Virus record (IMG/VR): IMGVR_UViG_3300036803_000040
Span: 1-64,000 of that record
Length of the DNA stretch: 64,000 nt
Reading direction: 5' to 3' (one strand)
Source of the DNA: a virus
Taxonomy: Duplodnaviria > Caudoviricetes
Below the pieces are notes generated by a model. It made no database searches and was not told where the DNA came from. It saw only the letters and a program-made list of their open reading frames with translations. The position numbers were made by a program, and so were the translations under genes. Below are positions 9,442-17,915 of this stretch, piece by piece; position 1 is the stretch's first letter, and each line of letters opens with the position of its first letter.

Positions 9442-10024
9442 GCGCAGGAAGCGGCGCACGAGCCAACCGCGCGAACGTCTGACAGTTGATCGACCCGTCC
9501 GCCCGCACCAGCGAATGCCCCGGCGGCGGCTTCTTCCCATGCTGCTCGAGCTCGCGATCGATCCGGGTGGAGATCGCCTGCACGTACAGCTTGCCTGCCG
9601 CCTTCGCCTGCGCCTGACGTTGCGCCAGCGGCGGATAGCCAAGCCGCTCGAGCTGCCGCGTAAACGGCGTGTCACTCAAGCTCGTGCCGCTGATCGTCGC
9701 CCGGCCGGCATCCGCGAACGCTGAGATCACCGCGCACTGAATCGCCGTCGCCGTCGACCGGCCCTCCTGCACCTGCTGGATCGCCTGATTGGCGTGCTGC
9801 GCCGCCGTCTTGGCCTGATCCGACGTTCCCGACGAGCTGTGCAACGACAGCAGCACGATCCCCGACAGGATCAGCATCCAGAAATCCCGCCACATCCGCG
9901 GGCCCTTGTGATCCGCCCGCCGGCGCCCCACCGAGCCCGGAGCGCGCTTCTCAACGATCGTCGGCTGATCATCATCCCGGCGAGCGTGCTCGCCCGCCGG
10001 CACGTCCTGCGCTTCGTCAGCCAT
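9437..10024 (-). CDS. Single-pass membrane protein (lysis accessory-like)
   Basis: TM segment FWMLILSGIVLLSL, then a helical ectodomain with two Cys. Confidence 0.6.
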   Translation of the reverse strand: MADEAQDVPAGEHARRDDDQPTIVEKRAPGSVGRRRADHKGPRMWRDFWMLILSGIVLLSLHSSSGTSDQAKTAAQHANQAIQQVQEGRSTATAIQCAVISAFADAGRATISGTSLSDTPFTRQLERLGYPPLAQRQAQAKAAGKLYVQAISTRIDRELEQHGKKPPPGHSLVRADGSINCQTFARLARAPLPAR

Positions 10025-10202
10025 CCGGCCCGCGCCGGCCGTCACGGTTCAGCGTCACGATCTCCCGGATCGAGAGCGTCAAGCCGACCGCCGACGACAC
10101 CAGCCGCGCCACCACCACCGGCTGCGTGTTGCCCAGCACATCGACCAGCAGCGCCCACGCGATGACCACCAGCGGCGCCGCGTACAGACGCAGCGTGCTC
10201 AC
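10017..10202 (-). CDS. Small two-TM membrane protein
   Basis: LRLYAAPLVVIAWALLVDVLG...LVSSAVGLTLSI. Confidence 0.55.
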   Translation of the reverse strand: MSTLRLYAAPLVVIAWALLVDVLGNTQPVVVARLVSSAVGLTLSIREIVTLNRDGRRGPDG

Positions 10203-10477
10203 GGGCCCTCGTCGTTGCGCTTCTGCGGCGGCGTCGACGAACCATCCCGCTGTTCGGGAGATCCACCCACCGCCATCAGTTTCTCGAGGAGATTCAGGAT
10301 CAACCCTTCGGAGAACTGTGCCCCGGCCATCATAAACCCGGAGGTGATGAGAGCCACCGAGCTCGGATGATCCGCGTGCAGCAACAGCTGATCCGTCGCT
10401 GATACCGCGCCGGCGAGCTTGATTCCCCAAGTGATCAGCTGAGTGACCGCCTGGCCTATACGAGCGAGCCGCCACAC
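10199..10477 (-). CDS. Holin-like small membrane protein
   Basis: Two hydrophobic segments and a charged C-terminus. Confidence 0.5.
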   Translation of the reverse strand: MWRLARIGQAVTQLITWGIKLAGAVSATDQLLLHADHPSSVALITSGFMMAGAQFSEGLILNLLEKLMAVGGSPEQRDGSSTPPQKRNDEGP

Positions 10478-10567
10478 TCACTGTTGCACCGAAATAGTCG
10501 TCATGCCGGCAATCGTAAGGCCGAACCGACGCCGATGGCTCTTGCACAGCTTTCAGGCTAGAAGGTG

Positions 10568-10605
10568 CAGCGCCGGCGCGTGGGATATGAGACACGCCGG
10601 CGCTG
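10568..10605 (-). terminator. Hairpin after the zincin gene
   Basis: cagcgccggcg(c)gtg / cacgccggcgctg. Confidence 0.55.
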
Positions 10606-10640
10606 ACCTTGAGGGAGGAGAGGTACTGCGGCTCGAAAGC

Positions 10641-11447
10641 CTACGCCAGATCGTAGGTTGATCTCACCCAATTGCCGCGGCCGCGCATCCGCCGCTCGCG
10701 CCTCGAGCCGATCCGCGGGATGGCCGCGACGAGCTCCGCCGGCGAGACACCGTTCTCGATCTGCGCCTCCGCGGCCGTCTGCCCTGGCCGCGGTTGGAAC
10801 GTCCGCGCGGTCACCTGCTGCCATCCCTGGCCGCTCGCAGGGTCAAACACGCTGATGTAGCCGCCCGGCGCGAGCTCGAACTTCTGAGTCACCCGGCCTG
10901 TCGGGAAACACACGTCGCCGGGCCCGTGCCCGAACCACGCCGGCGTCACGAACGACGACACCTGCAGGCCGTTCTGCGACTGATAGCCCAGCCCGTCGGC
11001 CTCCACCGCGTCGCACACCTCCCAGCCGTAGAACTTCCCGTCATCCGACTGTGCGGCCAGGTCGATCCACGGATCCGCGAGCATCTCGAGCACCTCATGG
11101 CTCAGCGTCACGCAGACGTTCTGGCCGTACTGACGATCGGTGCCGGCGAACACCTTGCCCAACGGCAGCCCGTCCGGTGTCAGATCGTGGTAGCCCAGCG
11201 CGCCGGCCTGATCGCTCGAGTCAAGCAGCGCCACCGTCCACATCCCCGCCGGCGTCTTGTGGCCGTTCGGCACGAACGTGAAATGAGCGCCGGCGTTCCA
11301 CCGCGGCCCGAAATCCCAGAGCACCTGATGCTCAACCGCCTTCACGAGATCGAGCGCCAACGCATCCGGGATCCCCGAGCTCGGATCGTTCACGATCGCG
11401 ACATCCGGCCACGTGTGCGGCGGCAGCGCGACCGCTCCCACGCTCAT
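10641..11447 (-). CDS. Zincin-like metallopeptidase
   Basis: GALGYH, LSHEVLE (HExxE-type), downstream EVCDAVE. Confidence 0.65.
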   Translation of the reverse strand: MSVGAVALPPHTWPDVAIVNDPSSGIPDALALDLVKAVEHQVLWDFGPRWNAGAHFTFVPNGHKTPAGMWTVALLDSSDQAGALGYHDLTPDGLPLGKVFAGTDRQYGQNVCVTLSHEVLEMLADPWIDLAAQSDDGKFYGWEVCDAVEADGLGYQSQNGLQVSSFVTPAWFGHGPGDVCFPTGRVTQKFELAPGGYISVFDPASGQGWQQVTARTFQPRPGQTAAEAQIENGVSPAELVAAIPRIGSRRERRMRGRGNWVRSTYDLA

Positions 11448-11644
11448 AGCGTCACCTCGGAGATCCCGAGCACCTCGAGCGCCTCACGCGCCCGCTGCTC
11501 GTCCGCCGGCGTCGCGCCGACCTTCCCGGCCGTGTGCAGAATCTTGGTCCCGTTCGCCGGCGGACGTCCCGCCGTGATCGGCACCCCCCCCACGATCGAC
11601 ACGCGCAGGTTGCCGCCGAGCATCTTCACCTCACCTTGCAACAT
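11444..11644 (-). CDS. Hypothetical protein
   Basis: GAGGAGG RBS, 66 aa. Confidence 0.55.
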   Translation of the reverse strand: MLQGEVKMLGGNLRVSIVGGVPITAGRPPANGTKILHTAGKVGATPADEQRAREALEVLGISEVTL

Positions 11645-11680
11645 CTCGAGCCTCCTCGATCGAGCCCCGGAAAAGGTGAA

Positions 11681-11710
11681 GAGCTCCGCGCTATCCGTAG
11701 CGCGGAGCTC
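11681..11710 (-). terminator. Intrinsic terminator
   Basis: Perfect 13-bp stem gagctccgcgcta/tagcgcggagctc followed on the minus strand by ttcaccttttcc. Confidence 0.7.
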
Positions 11711-11767
11711 CTCGAGCCACCGTCGGCGGGGGCGCGCCGCAGCGGCCGTTTTCCGCGTTAGCGGAAA

Positions 11768-11902
11768 TCAGCGATCGTCGTCCTCCTCGGGCAAGCCGTC
11801 GCCCTCAGACACGCGATCGTCCAGCCGGTCGCCGGCCGTGACGTCCTCCTCACGGAGCTCGTCATCAGTCGGTTCGCGCTCCTGGCCGTCTGGAAACTCC
11901 AT
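11768..11902 (-). CDS. Highly acidic 44-aa peptide (not in track)
   Basis: MEFPDGQEREPTDDELREEDVTAGDRLDDRVSEGDGLPEEDDDR; TGATG coupling. Confidence 0.5.
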   Translation of the reverse strand: MEFPDGQEREPTDDELREEDVTAGDRLDDRVSEGDGLPEEDDDR

Positions 11903-12981
11903 CAGCCTTCGGGCGCCTCATCCGCGGACGGAGCCGCGGCCTCACCGACGCTCGCCGACGTGGCAGCGACGGTCGGCTGCGTCGACCCGGAGTAGACCTC
12001 CCAGCCGGCGACGCCTGCGCCGTTCTGCTCGCCCGGCTCGGAGTCACCCGCGAAGTAATACAGCTGCTTCGGGGGCGAGTCCTCCGTCTGGACGGGAGCG
12101 GCCGGCCACGTGGTCGGATCGATCGTTGCGGGATCGCCCGAGAACGTGTAGACCGCCCGCTCGTTCACCGAGACGCCCGTGGGCGCCGTCGCGGTCGGAT
12201 CGGTCACACCGCCGGCGGGAGCTGCGCCACCGGCGGGATCCGCCGGCGTCGAGGTGCCCGTCGGGTCAGTCGGCCCTGCACCCGGATCGGCAACCGGAGC
12301 CGCGGGATCCGCGACCGGAGCCGCGGGATCGGACACCGGAGCGCCCGTGCCGGGATCGACCACGCCGCCGGCGCTCGGATCGGTCGCCGTCGGATCGGTT
12401 GCGACACCGCCGGCGCTCGGGTCGGTGGCCACGGGAGCCGCGCCACCCGCGGACGGGTCAGTCGTGCCGCCGGCGCTCGGATCGGGAGCAGCGCCACCCG
12501 CCGGATCCACCGTGCCGGTCACACCGGCCGTCGGATCAGGCGCAGCATTGCCCTCGACCTGCGCGACCGCCGGATTGGACTTCGCGGCCGCGACCGCATC
12601 CTTGGCGCCCTGCGCCACAGCCGTGACCGATTCGGTCACCGCGGCAATGTCAGCCTCGCTGACGCCACCGCCCTGAGCGGCCTGAGTCTGCAGCTGAGTC
12701 AGCTGCCCCTCGACCGTCCCGAGATCGTTCGCCACCTGCGCGAGCTCGTCATGCTCGGCCTGCGCCGCCGTCTTCACGTCATCTACCGCTGAGCGGAGAT
12801 CGTCGATCGCCGTCATTTGCTCCTCCTGTCGAGTAATGAGCTCGATCAGCAGATCGCGCTTGCTCCAACGCCGCATCTCCTCGATCGTCGCCCGCTTTGG
12901 ATCTTGCACGTTGGACACGATACCTCCGTGATCAGACGCCGCCGCGTGAGCTCCGCCATGAAACCCCGCAGAGAGCGCCAT
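11902..12981 (-). CDS. Coiled-coil plus Asp-Pro repeat protein with small C-terminal domain
   Basis: Helical N-terminus, DPSAGG/DPAAPVA repeats, C-terminal YTFSGDP...LYYFAGD...WEVYSG. Confidence 0.7.
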   Translation of the reverse strand: MALSAGFHGGAHAAASDHGGIVSNVQDPKRATIEEMRRWSKRDLLIELITRQEEQMTAIDDLRSAVDDVKTAAQAEHDELAQVANDLGTVEGQLTQLQTQAAQGGGVSEADIAAVTESVTAVAQGAKDAVAAAKSNPAVAQVEGNAAPDPTAGVTGTVDPAGGAAPDPSAGGTTDPSAGGAAPVATDPSAGGVATDPTATDPSAGGVVDPGTGAPVSDPAAPVADPAAPVADPGAGPTDPTGTSTPADPAGGAAPAGGVTDPTATAPTGVSVNERAVYTFSGDPATIDPTTWPAAPVQTEDSPPKQLYYFAGDSEPGEQNGAGVAGWEVYSGSTQPTVAATSASVGEAAAPSADEAPEG

Positions 12982-13019
12982 CGCCAACCAGCCTAACGCC
13001 GGCGCACCGGCGATACCGC
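12982..13019 (-). promoter_or_regulatory. Late-class leaderless promoter CGGTAT-N17-TAGGCT-N8-ATG
   Basis: Matches the copies at 35443 and 60578. Confidence 0.65.
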
Positions 13020-13262
13020 GGACCGTCGACGCCGCGGCGCCATCACCCCGAGCTCGCCACGCTCCGCCAACGCCACCATCTCACGCGCCGCCTTCACGCG
13101 CTCCTCCCGATCCGTCTCAGCCCACGCCAGCAGCCACAGCGCCGACTTCGCCGCCGGCGGCAAGTCGCGCCGGCCATCGATGTACGCCTCGACGTTCTCG
13201 AAGCTGGCGCCCTGCTCGAGCATGCGCTCGACCTGCACCCTCGCCGTGTCTGCTCTGCCCAC
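12993..13262 (-). CDS. Hypothetical protein (host-like small helical family)
   Basis: MLEQGASFENVEAYIDGRRDLPPAAKSALWLLAWAE; AAAGGA RBS. Confidence 0.55.
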   Translation of the reverse strand: MGRADTARVQVERMLEQGASFENVEAYIDGRRDLPPAAKSALWLLAWAETDREERVKAAREMVALAERGELGVMAPRRRRSAVSPVRRR

Positions 13263-13369
13263 GGTCCCGTTCCTTTCATTCGCCTGCCCCTCTTCGCGGC
13301 AGACACTACGCCCCGCCGGCCAGCGCGTGCCGGTGCACCCCCAAACAGAACGTGCGAAATAGCGACCTT

Positions 13370-13690
13370 TTACTCGACGCGAGCTCGCGCCTTGCCCACG
13401 TACTCGCGCAGCAGCGGGCCCATCACCGGATGCTTCGCCGCGGCGATCGCATCCACGCCGCCCATCGCGAACGCCGCGCACTGCATCCCCATCAGGAACG
13501 CGCCCGGATCGATGTCGATACCCAACGCCTCCTGAAACGGCCCGATCTGCACGTGGAGATCCTTGATCGCCGCGTCGAGCGTCGCGCGCAGATACGCCTC
13601 TACCGGATCCTCACCATCCGCGACAGCCTTCCCAGCACGCGCCGCAGCCTGCCGGTGGATCCTGGCCTTCTCATCCTCGATCGCTCCCAC
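13370..13690 (-). CDS. Hypothetical protein
   Basis: 106-aa ORF. Confidence 0.55.
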   Translation of the reverse strand: MGAIEDEKARIHRQAAARAGKAVADGEDPVEAYLRATLDAAIKDLHVQIGPFQEALGIDIDPGAFLMGMQCAAFAMGGVDAIAAAKHPVMGPLLREYVGKARARVE

Positions 13691-14019
13691 TGCCCACCCC
13701 TTCCGTATCGCTGATCAAAGTCCGCCATCGACGTCACCCGGTCCGGGTAGCGCCGGCGCATGTATTCCAGCCCGGCGATCGCATTCGCGAGCGGATCGGT
13801 GCCGCCCAGCGGCGCCGGCGGCGGCGTGAACTGCCAGATCCCGGTCGGCACGTAACCCAGATCGCCCGGCTCCCGCGGGTACGGCAGCCGATCCGGACAC
13901 TCGCCCGTCTCACGATCGTGCTCAATCCCTGGCCGGCGACACACCCGGCACCACGACATGCTGATCGTCTGCTGCTCGATCGTCAGCGTGTACGGATCCT
14001 GCAGCGCGAACGAGCTCAC
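13600..14019 (-). CDS. Hypothetical protein with CxxC and a transglycosylase-like C-terminal fragment
   Basis: CRVCRRPGIEH; DPLANAIAGLEYMRRRY. Confidence 0.5.
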   Translation of the reverse strand: MSSFALQDPYTLTIEQQTISMSWCRVCRRPGIEHDRETGECPDRLPYPREPGDLGYVPTGIWQFTPPPAPLGGTDPLANAIAGLEYMRRRYPDRVTSMADFDQRYGRGGQWERSRMRRPGSTGRLRRVLGRLSRMVRIR

Positions 14020-14468
14020 GTCCACACCCCGCCGTCGGGATGCTCAGCGTGCAGCCGCTCGCCGCCGTCAAGCGCACACTCGAAGCAGAGCGTCCACTCT
14101 TCCCGGCCCGTCGGCTGCGTCACGCTGTAAGGCCCGCCGAGCCGCGGAACCCCGCACACGTCGCAGCGCCCGTACTTGCCGATCCCCGACGCCCTGAGCG
14201 CCTTGAGGATCGTCTCACGGCCCACGAAATAGCAGAGCGGCCGCTCGGCCAGCACCGCGTTCAGCCGCGCCTCGTCCATGTTGACCTTGCCCTCGCCATC
14301 CCAGCCCGGATCGATCAGCCGCTTCAGCTCATCGGCCTCGAGCGCCGCCTGAAACAGCGTCATCGACACCGTGGCGAAGCCGGCCGGCCACGCCGCGCGG
14401 AGATGCTCACCATGCGCCGGGCAGCAGACCGTCTGCGGCTTGATCAGGATCTCGGCTATGACAGCCAC
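14016..14468 (-). CDS. Zinc-finger-like hypothetical protein
   Basis: CCPAH, CDVC...CFEC. Confidence 0.6.
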   Translation of the reverse strand: MAVIAEILIKPQTVCCPAHGEHLRAAWPAGFATVSMTLFQAALEADELKRLIDPGWDGEGKVNMDEARLNAVLAERPLCYFVGRETILKALRASGIGKYGRCDVCGVPRLGGPYSVTQPTGREEWTLCFECALDGGERLHAEHPDGGVWT

Positions 14469-14803
14469 CGGACCGACACGGCCACGTTCGCCGGCGCCGA
14501 GCCAGCCACCGCGATCGTCGCCCGGACCACCGCCGACTTACGGCCCGTCGCGCCATGCCGCCACCGCCACCACCGAGACGCCCGCAGCGTGATCTCAACC
14601 CGCCGCTGAAACGGATCCTCACGCGCCGACACCGACACGCCCGGCTGCACCACCCGCCTCGCATCCGCCGCCAGCCGCGACGCCAACGGATCCACCTGAG
14701 CCTTGATCGTCACGGGTCGGCACGATAGCTCAGTGATCGGACGCACTAGATGCCAGCGCACCTGCTGCGCGAGCCCCTCGATGATCGGCCAGTTATCAGC
14801 CAT
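14456..14803 (-). CDS. Hypothetical protein
   Basis: ATG 14803 (MADNWPII) overlaps the upstream stop. Confidence 0.5.
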   Translation of the reverse strand: MADNWPIIEGLAQQVRWHLVRPITELSCRPVTIKAQVDPLASRLAADARRVVQPGVSVSAREDPFQRRVEITLRASRWWRWRHGATGRKSAVVRATIAVAGSAPANVAVSVRWLS

Positions 14804-15014
14804 AGTGCGGTCCAGCGTGTCCGGCCGGGAGAACGCAGACCGGACCAGGGATCGAGCCATCGCCCCCCATGACATCGCATCGCGGCATCGCCGCCGCCTC
14901 GCGGTAGCACGCCTCGAACGCGCCGCGCTCGCCGCCACAACCGCACCCAGCCACGCCCCGCAGCGGACACTCGGCCTCCTGCTGGCACCGTCTGAACGCC
15001 TGCTCGAGCGTCAT
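14796..15014 (-). CDS. Cys-rich hypothetical protein
   Basis: MTLEQAFRRC...CVLPAGHAGPH. Confidence 0.55.
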   Translation of the reverse strand: MTLEQAFRRCQQEAECPLRGVAGCGCGGERGAFEACYREAAAMPRCDVMGGDGSIPGPVCVLPAGHAGPHYG

Positions 15015-15301
15015 GCCTCCGACCGCCGGCGCACGAGCTCCGCCGCCTGCTCGAGCAGCCCGACCACCTCCGCCGTCGCCTCCCGCCCCCACGGCATCGC
15101 ATCGCCCAGCAACGCCACAGCCACCTCACCATCCGGGTGCGCGTCCTCCGGGACCAGCACCACCACCGCCCGCGAAATCGGCACGTGACGCCGGCGCGCC
15201 TGCGCCTCGAGCTCGTCCAACGTCCCCTCCGCGAGCGCCTGCAGCAACCCGGCCCGTGTCTGCCTGATCATCGCCTGATCACGCGGCGGGAGCTCGCTCA
15301 C
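15011..15301 (-). CDS. Hypothetical protein
   Basis: GTG 15301 coupled start. Confidence 0.5.
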   Translation of the reverse strand: MSELPPRDQAMIRQTRAGLLQALAEGTLDELEAQARRRHVPISRAVVVLVPEDAHPDGEVAVALLGDAMPWGREATAEVVGLLEQAAELVRRRSEA

Positions 15302-15384
15302 TGCCAGAACCGGTGTTGATAGTGGCCGGCCAGCATCCCGAGCACGAACGCCAGCACCACCGCGGCGATCCAGATCGCGGTCAC
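15298..15384 (-). CDS. 28-aa membrane peptide (not in track)
   Basis: MTAIWIAAVVLAFVLGMLAGHYQHRFWQ; GTGA overlaps at both ends. Confidence 0.5.
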   Translation of the reverse strand: MTAIWIAAVVLAFVLGMLAGHYQHRFWQ

Positions 15385-16007
15385 GCCGCCTCGCTTCCCT
15401 CGCCGAGCTCGCGCACCGAACCCGCCGGCGCCTCCCAATCAGCCCACAACGGCGTCTTGTACTCCACCAGCGCATCGAACAGCTCGAGCGCCTCGATCGC
15501 CGACATCTCCCCGTTCGCGACCTTCGCGAGCGCCTCCGCCATACGCCGGCCGGTCTGCAGCATCTCCGACTCAGCGCGGAACAGCTCGAGGTTGTCCGGC
15601 AGCTTGCCGACATCCGCCAGCAGCGCCGTGTACCGCTCAAGCGCGTCCGCCCCACCCTTCATCGCCGCGATCGCGACCGCCGGCGCGCGCTCCCTGCAAT
15701 CCAGCGCCATCGCCGCGAAGCTCTCCATCTGCTGCTCATAGGTGCGCAGCACCCGCTCGATGATCTCCATCGGCCGTCGCTCGAGCGCTGTCGGGCGCAG
15801 CTGAAACGACGCCTTGAGCCGCTCCACGCTGCGCGTCGTCAGCCCGTATTTCTTGGCGACGTCCTTCTGCTCGTCGCCGGCGTGCAATGCCGCGATGATC
15901 GCCGCGTTACGCAACGCGAGCTCGGCCGCGTTGAGCGGCTTGCGCCCACGCTTCGCCGGCGGTTTCTTCTCCCCAGCCTCGCCCGACGTTTCTTTGTCCT
16001 CAGCCAC
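15381..16007 (-). CDS. HTH protein; candidate terminase small subunit or Mor-like activator
   Basis: RNAAIIAALHAGDEQKDVAKKYGLTTRSVERL followed by a helical domain. Confidence 0.6.
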   Translation of the reverse strand: MAEDKETSGEAGEKKPPAKRGRKPLNAAELALRNAAIIAALHAGDEQKDVAKKYGLTTRSVERLKASFQLRPTALERRPMEIIERVLRTYEQQMESFAAMALDCRERAPAVAIAAMKGGADALERYTALLADVGKLPDNLELFRAESEMLQTGRRMAEALAKVANGEMSAIEALELFDALVEYKTPLWADWEAPAGSVRELGEGSEAA

Positions 16008-16245
16008 GCTCCACCGCCTCCGCTTCGCTCAGCAACACCTGGCCGTGCGCAATGTTCATCCGGCACTCGCTGATCGTCCGCTGCAGCTCGCGCAACGCCT
16101 TACGGGCGACCACGCGCTCGACGCTGATCGGCATGCCCATCACCGCCTCGATGAGCGACTCCTCGGCCGTCAACAGCCGCTCGAGCGCCGCCTCACGCCA
16201 CAGCACCGCCTGGCGGAGCTCGTCGGGACCGGCGTGCACGCTCAC
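16000..16245 (-). CDS. Hypothetical helical protein
   Basis: 81-aa coupled ORF. Confidence 0.55.
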   Translation of the reverse strand: MSVHAGPDELRQAVLWREAALERLLTAEESLIEAVMGMPISVERVVARKALRELQRTISECRMNIAHGQVLLSEAEAVERG

Positions 16246-16553
16246 TGCACCACCGCGCTCACCCGCACCGCTCGCCAGTCGAGCGCGTTGCGCTTGATCT
16301 GCTGCACGATCCTGATCAGCATCGAACGATCCGCCACGCCGTTACGGATCCCCGCCGCGGTGATCGTGTACCGAATCGGTGCGCTTGAGCCCGGCATCCG
16401 CACAAATAACGTCACCTCGACGCCAAACCGCTCGGGTTGGCCGACCACGATCTCCCACCGGATCCCCGGCGGATCGCCGAACGCGACCGACGCGATCTCA
16501 TACAGATCATCGATCGCCTTGCTCACCTCTGGCGCGAGCTTCATACCGCCCAT
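16242..16553 (-). CDS. Hypothetical protein
   Basis: 103-aa coupled ORF. Confidence 0.55.
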   Translation of the reverse strand: MGGMKLAPEVSKAIDDLYEIASVAFGDPPGIRWEIVVGQPERFGVEVTLFVRMPGSSAPIRYTITAAGIRNGVADRSMLIRIVQQIKRNALDWRAVRVSAVVQ

Positions 16554-16918
16554 CCCGTCTGGATCACCTCAAACTCGACGCGCCACACCTCAGCGAGCAC
16601 GTTCCAGCCGCCATTGATCTCAATCCACGCCTCTTTGAACGCGGAATAGCTGTCAAATCCCTCACGGCGCGCCTCCTCATCCGCGGCCGTCACGAACAGC
16701 CCACCGATGCCGAGCAGCGACTCACGACGCACGCTCACGACCCGGACGCGCCCGATCGCCGGCACGCCGCGCTTAGGCTGCACCGCATAGTCGCGGCCCA
16801 CCTGCAGCGCGCACACCTCACGCCACCACGGCGACCGCGGGTTGCTCGAGCACAGCCGGCGGGTCACCGTCTTCTCGCCGGCCATCACCTTCTCAGCGAG
16901 CTCGGCCCGGAAGATCAC
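16541..16918 (-). CDS. ASCH domain protein
   Basis: MIFRAELAEKVMAGEKTVTRR (GxKxxTxR)...EEARREGF. Confidence 0.8.
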   Translation of the reverse strand: MIFRAELAEKVMAGEKTVTRRLCSSNPRSPWWREVCALQVGRDYAVQPKRGVPAIGRVRVVSVRRESLLGIGGLFVTAADEEARREGFDSYSAFKEAWIEINGGWNVLAEVWRVEFEVIQTGWAV

Positions 16919-17115
16919 TGCACCACCGCCACGGCGCGGATCCAGCCGCCGAGCAGCGCACCGTTCGACAGCACCTCGAGCGACTGCGCGCCCTCAGCGC
17001 ACGCCGAGCACAGATCGAACTCGGCCCAGCTGCACGTGCTCACCGGATCCCCGTCACGGTCGACCATGATGCACGCGTTCGTCTCAGTGCAGCCACACTC
17101 CCGACAGGATCTCAC
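16915..17115 (-). CDS. Small zinc-finger protein
   Basis: CRECGCTETNAC...CSW...LCSAC. Confidence 0.7.
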   Translation of the reverse strand: MRSCRECGCTETNACIMVDRDGDPVSTCSWAEFDLCSACAEGAQSLEVLSNGALLGGWIRAVAVVQ

Positions 17116-17291
17116 GAGCTCGCCCCCTTGCTGAGCAGCCCCTCAGCCTCGAGCGCCTCCACGACGTCACGCGCGGCCTTCTCCGCCGTCGCCGGGTTGC
17201 TCGTCACCTCCCGGTACATCGGCAGCGTGTTCGACGGGCAACGCCACTCGCCGCGGAGCACCTGCCGGACGATCTCCTGCGCCGAGCTCAC
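17112..17291 (-). CDS. Hypothetical protein
   Basis: GTG 17291 coupled start. Confidence 0.5.
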   Translation of the reverse strand: MSSAQEIVRQVLRGEWRCPSNTLPMYREVTSNPATAEKAARDVVEALEAEGLLSKGASS

Positions 17292-17641
17292 GCCGGCGCT
17301 CCCGTGATCGTGTGCTCCGGATCCCGCCGGCCGTGCCGCGGACAATTCGCGTCGACCAGCGCGCCCCACCCGACCGGGCACGAGCACGCCGCCTCGCTCG
17401 CGAACGCGTGCTCGACAAGCCAATCGAACGCCAGCGCCATCGCCTCGCTGATGTCAAGGTCAGCCCTGGCCACGAACTGCACCGTGTAGCGAGTGCGCTC
17501 GAGCCCTACGCCCATCCGCCAACGGTGATAGGGAAGATCGATCCCCGCCGACGTCTGCACCGCGATCGGCCACGTCGCCGGCACCGGCTGCCCCGCGTAG
17601 GGCCCGTCCAGAATCACCGGGATCTTGCGCACCTTAGCCAT
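17288..17641 (-). CDS. Hypothetical protein (xGPxxG motif, Cys tail)
   Basis: ILDGPYAGQ; CSC...CPRH. Confidence 0.55.
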   Translation of the reverse strand: MAKVRKIPVILDGPYAGQPVPATWPIAVQTSAGIDLPYHRWRMGVGLERTRYTVQFVARADLDISEAMALAFDWLVEHAFASEAACSCPVGWGALVDANCPRHGRRDPEHTITGAPA

Positions 17642-17915
17642 GCTCAGCCGCTCGAGCTCGACGCACCGACTCCGCGAACGTCACGCCGGCGATAAACCCA
17701 CAGCCCGCGGCCGCGCGGCGCACACTGCCGGCCGCGGCGAGCATGTTGCTCGACTGCCGATCGGCCTCCACCAGCTGCCGGACGACGAGCTCCAACGTCG
17801 CCTCATCGTCCTGATCGAGCCCGAGCACCTGCGCGACCGTCTCGAGCACCGTCGCCTCGCTCGGGATCTCCTCGTTCAGCCGCATCTGCTCAAGCTCAAT
17901 CGGATGCAGCGGCAC
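17634..17915 (-). CDS. Hypothetical protein
   Basis: 93-aa ORF. Confidence 0.55.
   Translation of the reverse strand: MPLHPIELEQMRLNEEIPSEATVLETVAQVLGLDQDDEATLELVVRQLVEADRQSSNMLAAAGSVRRAAAGCGFIAGVTFAESVRRARAAEHG

Noticed and set aside
10478-10520. Leaderless mini-ORF MTTISVQQ after TACGAT, coupled to the holin-like gene
   Set aside because: Only 8 codons, no matching -35 and no independent support.
14783-14797. 15-bp box variant GATCG-GCCA-GTTATC as a definite operator
   Set aside because: Lies in coding sequence with a mismatch; kept only as a weak member of the network.
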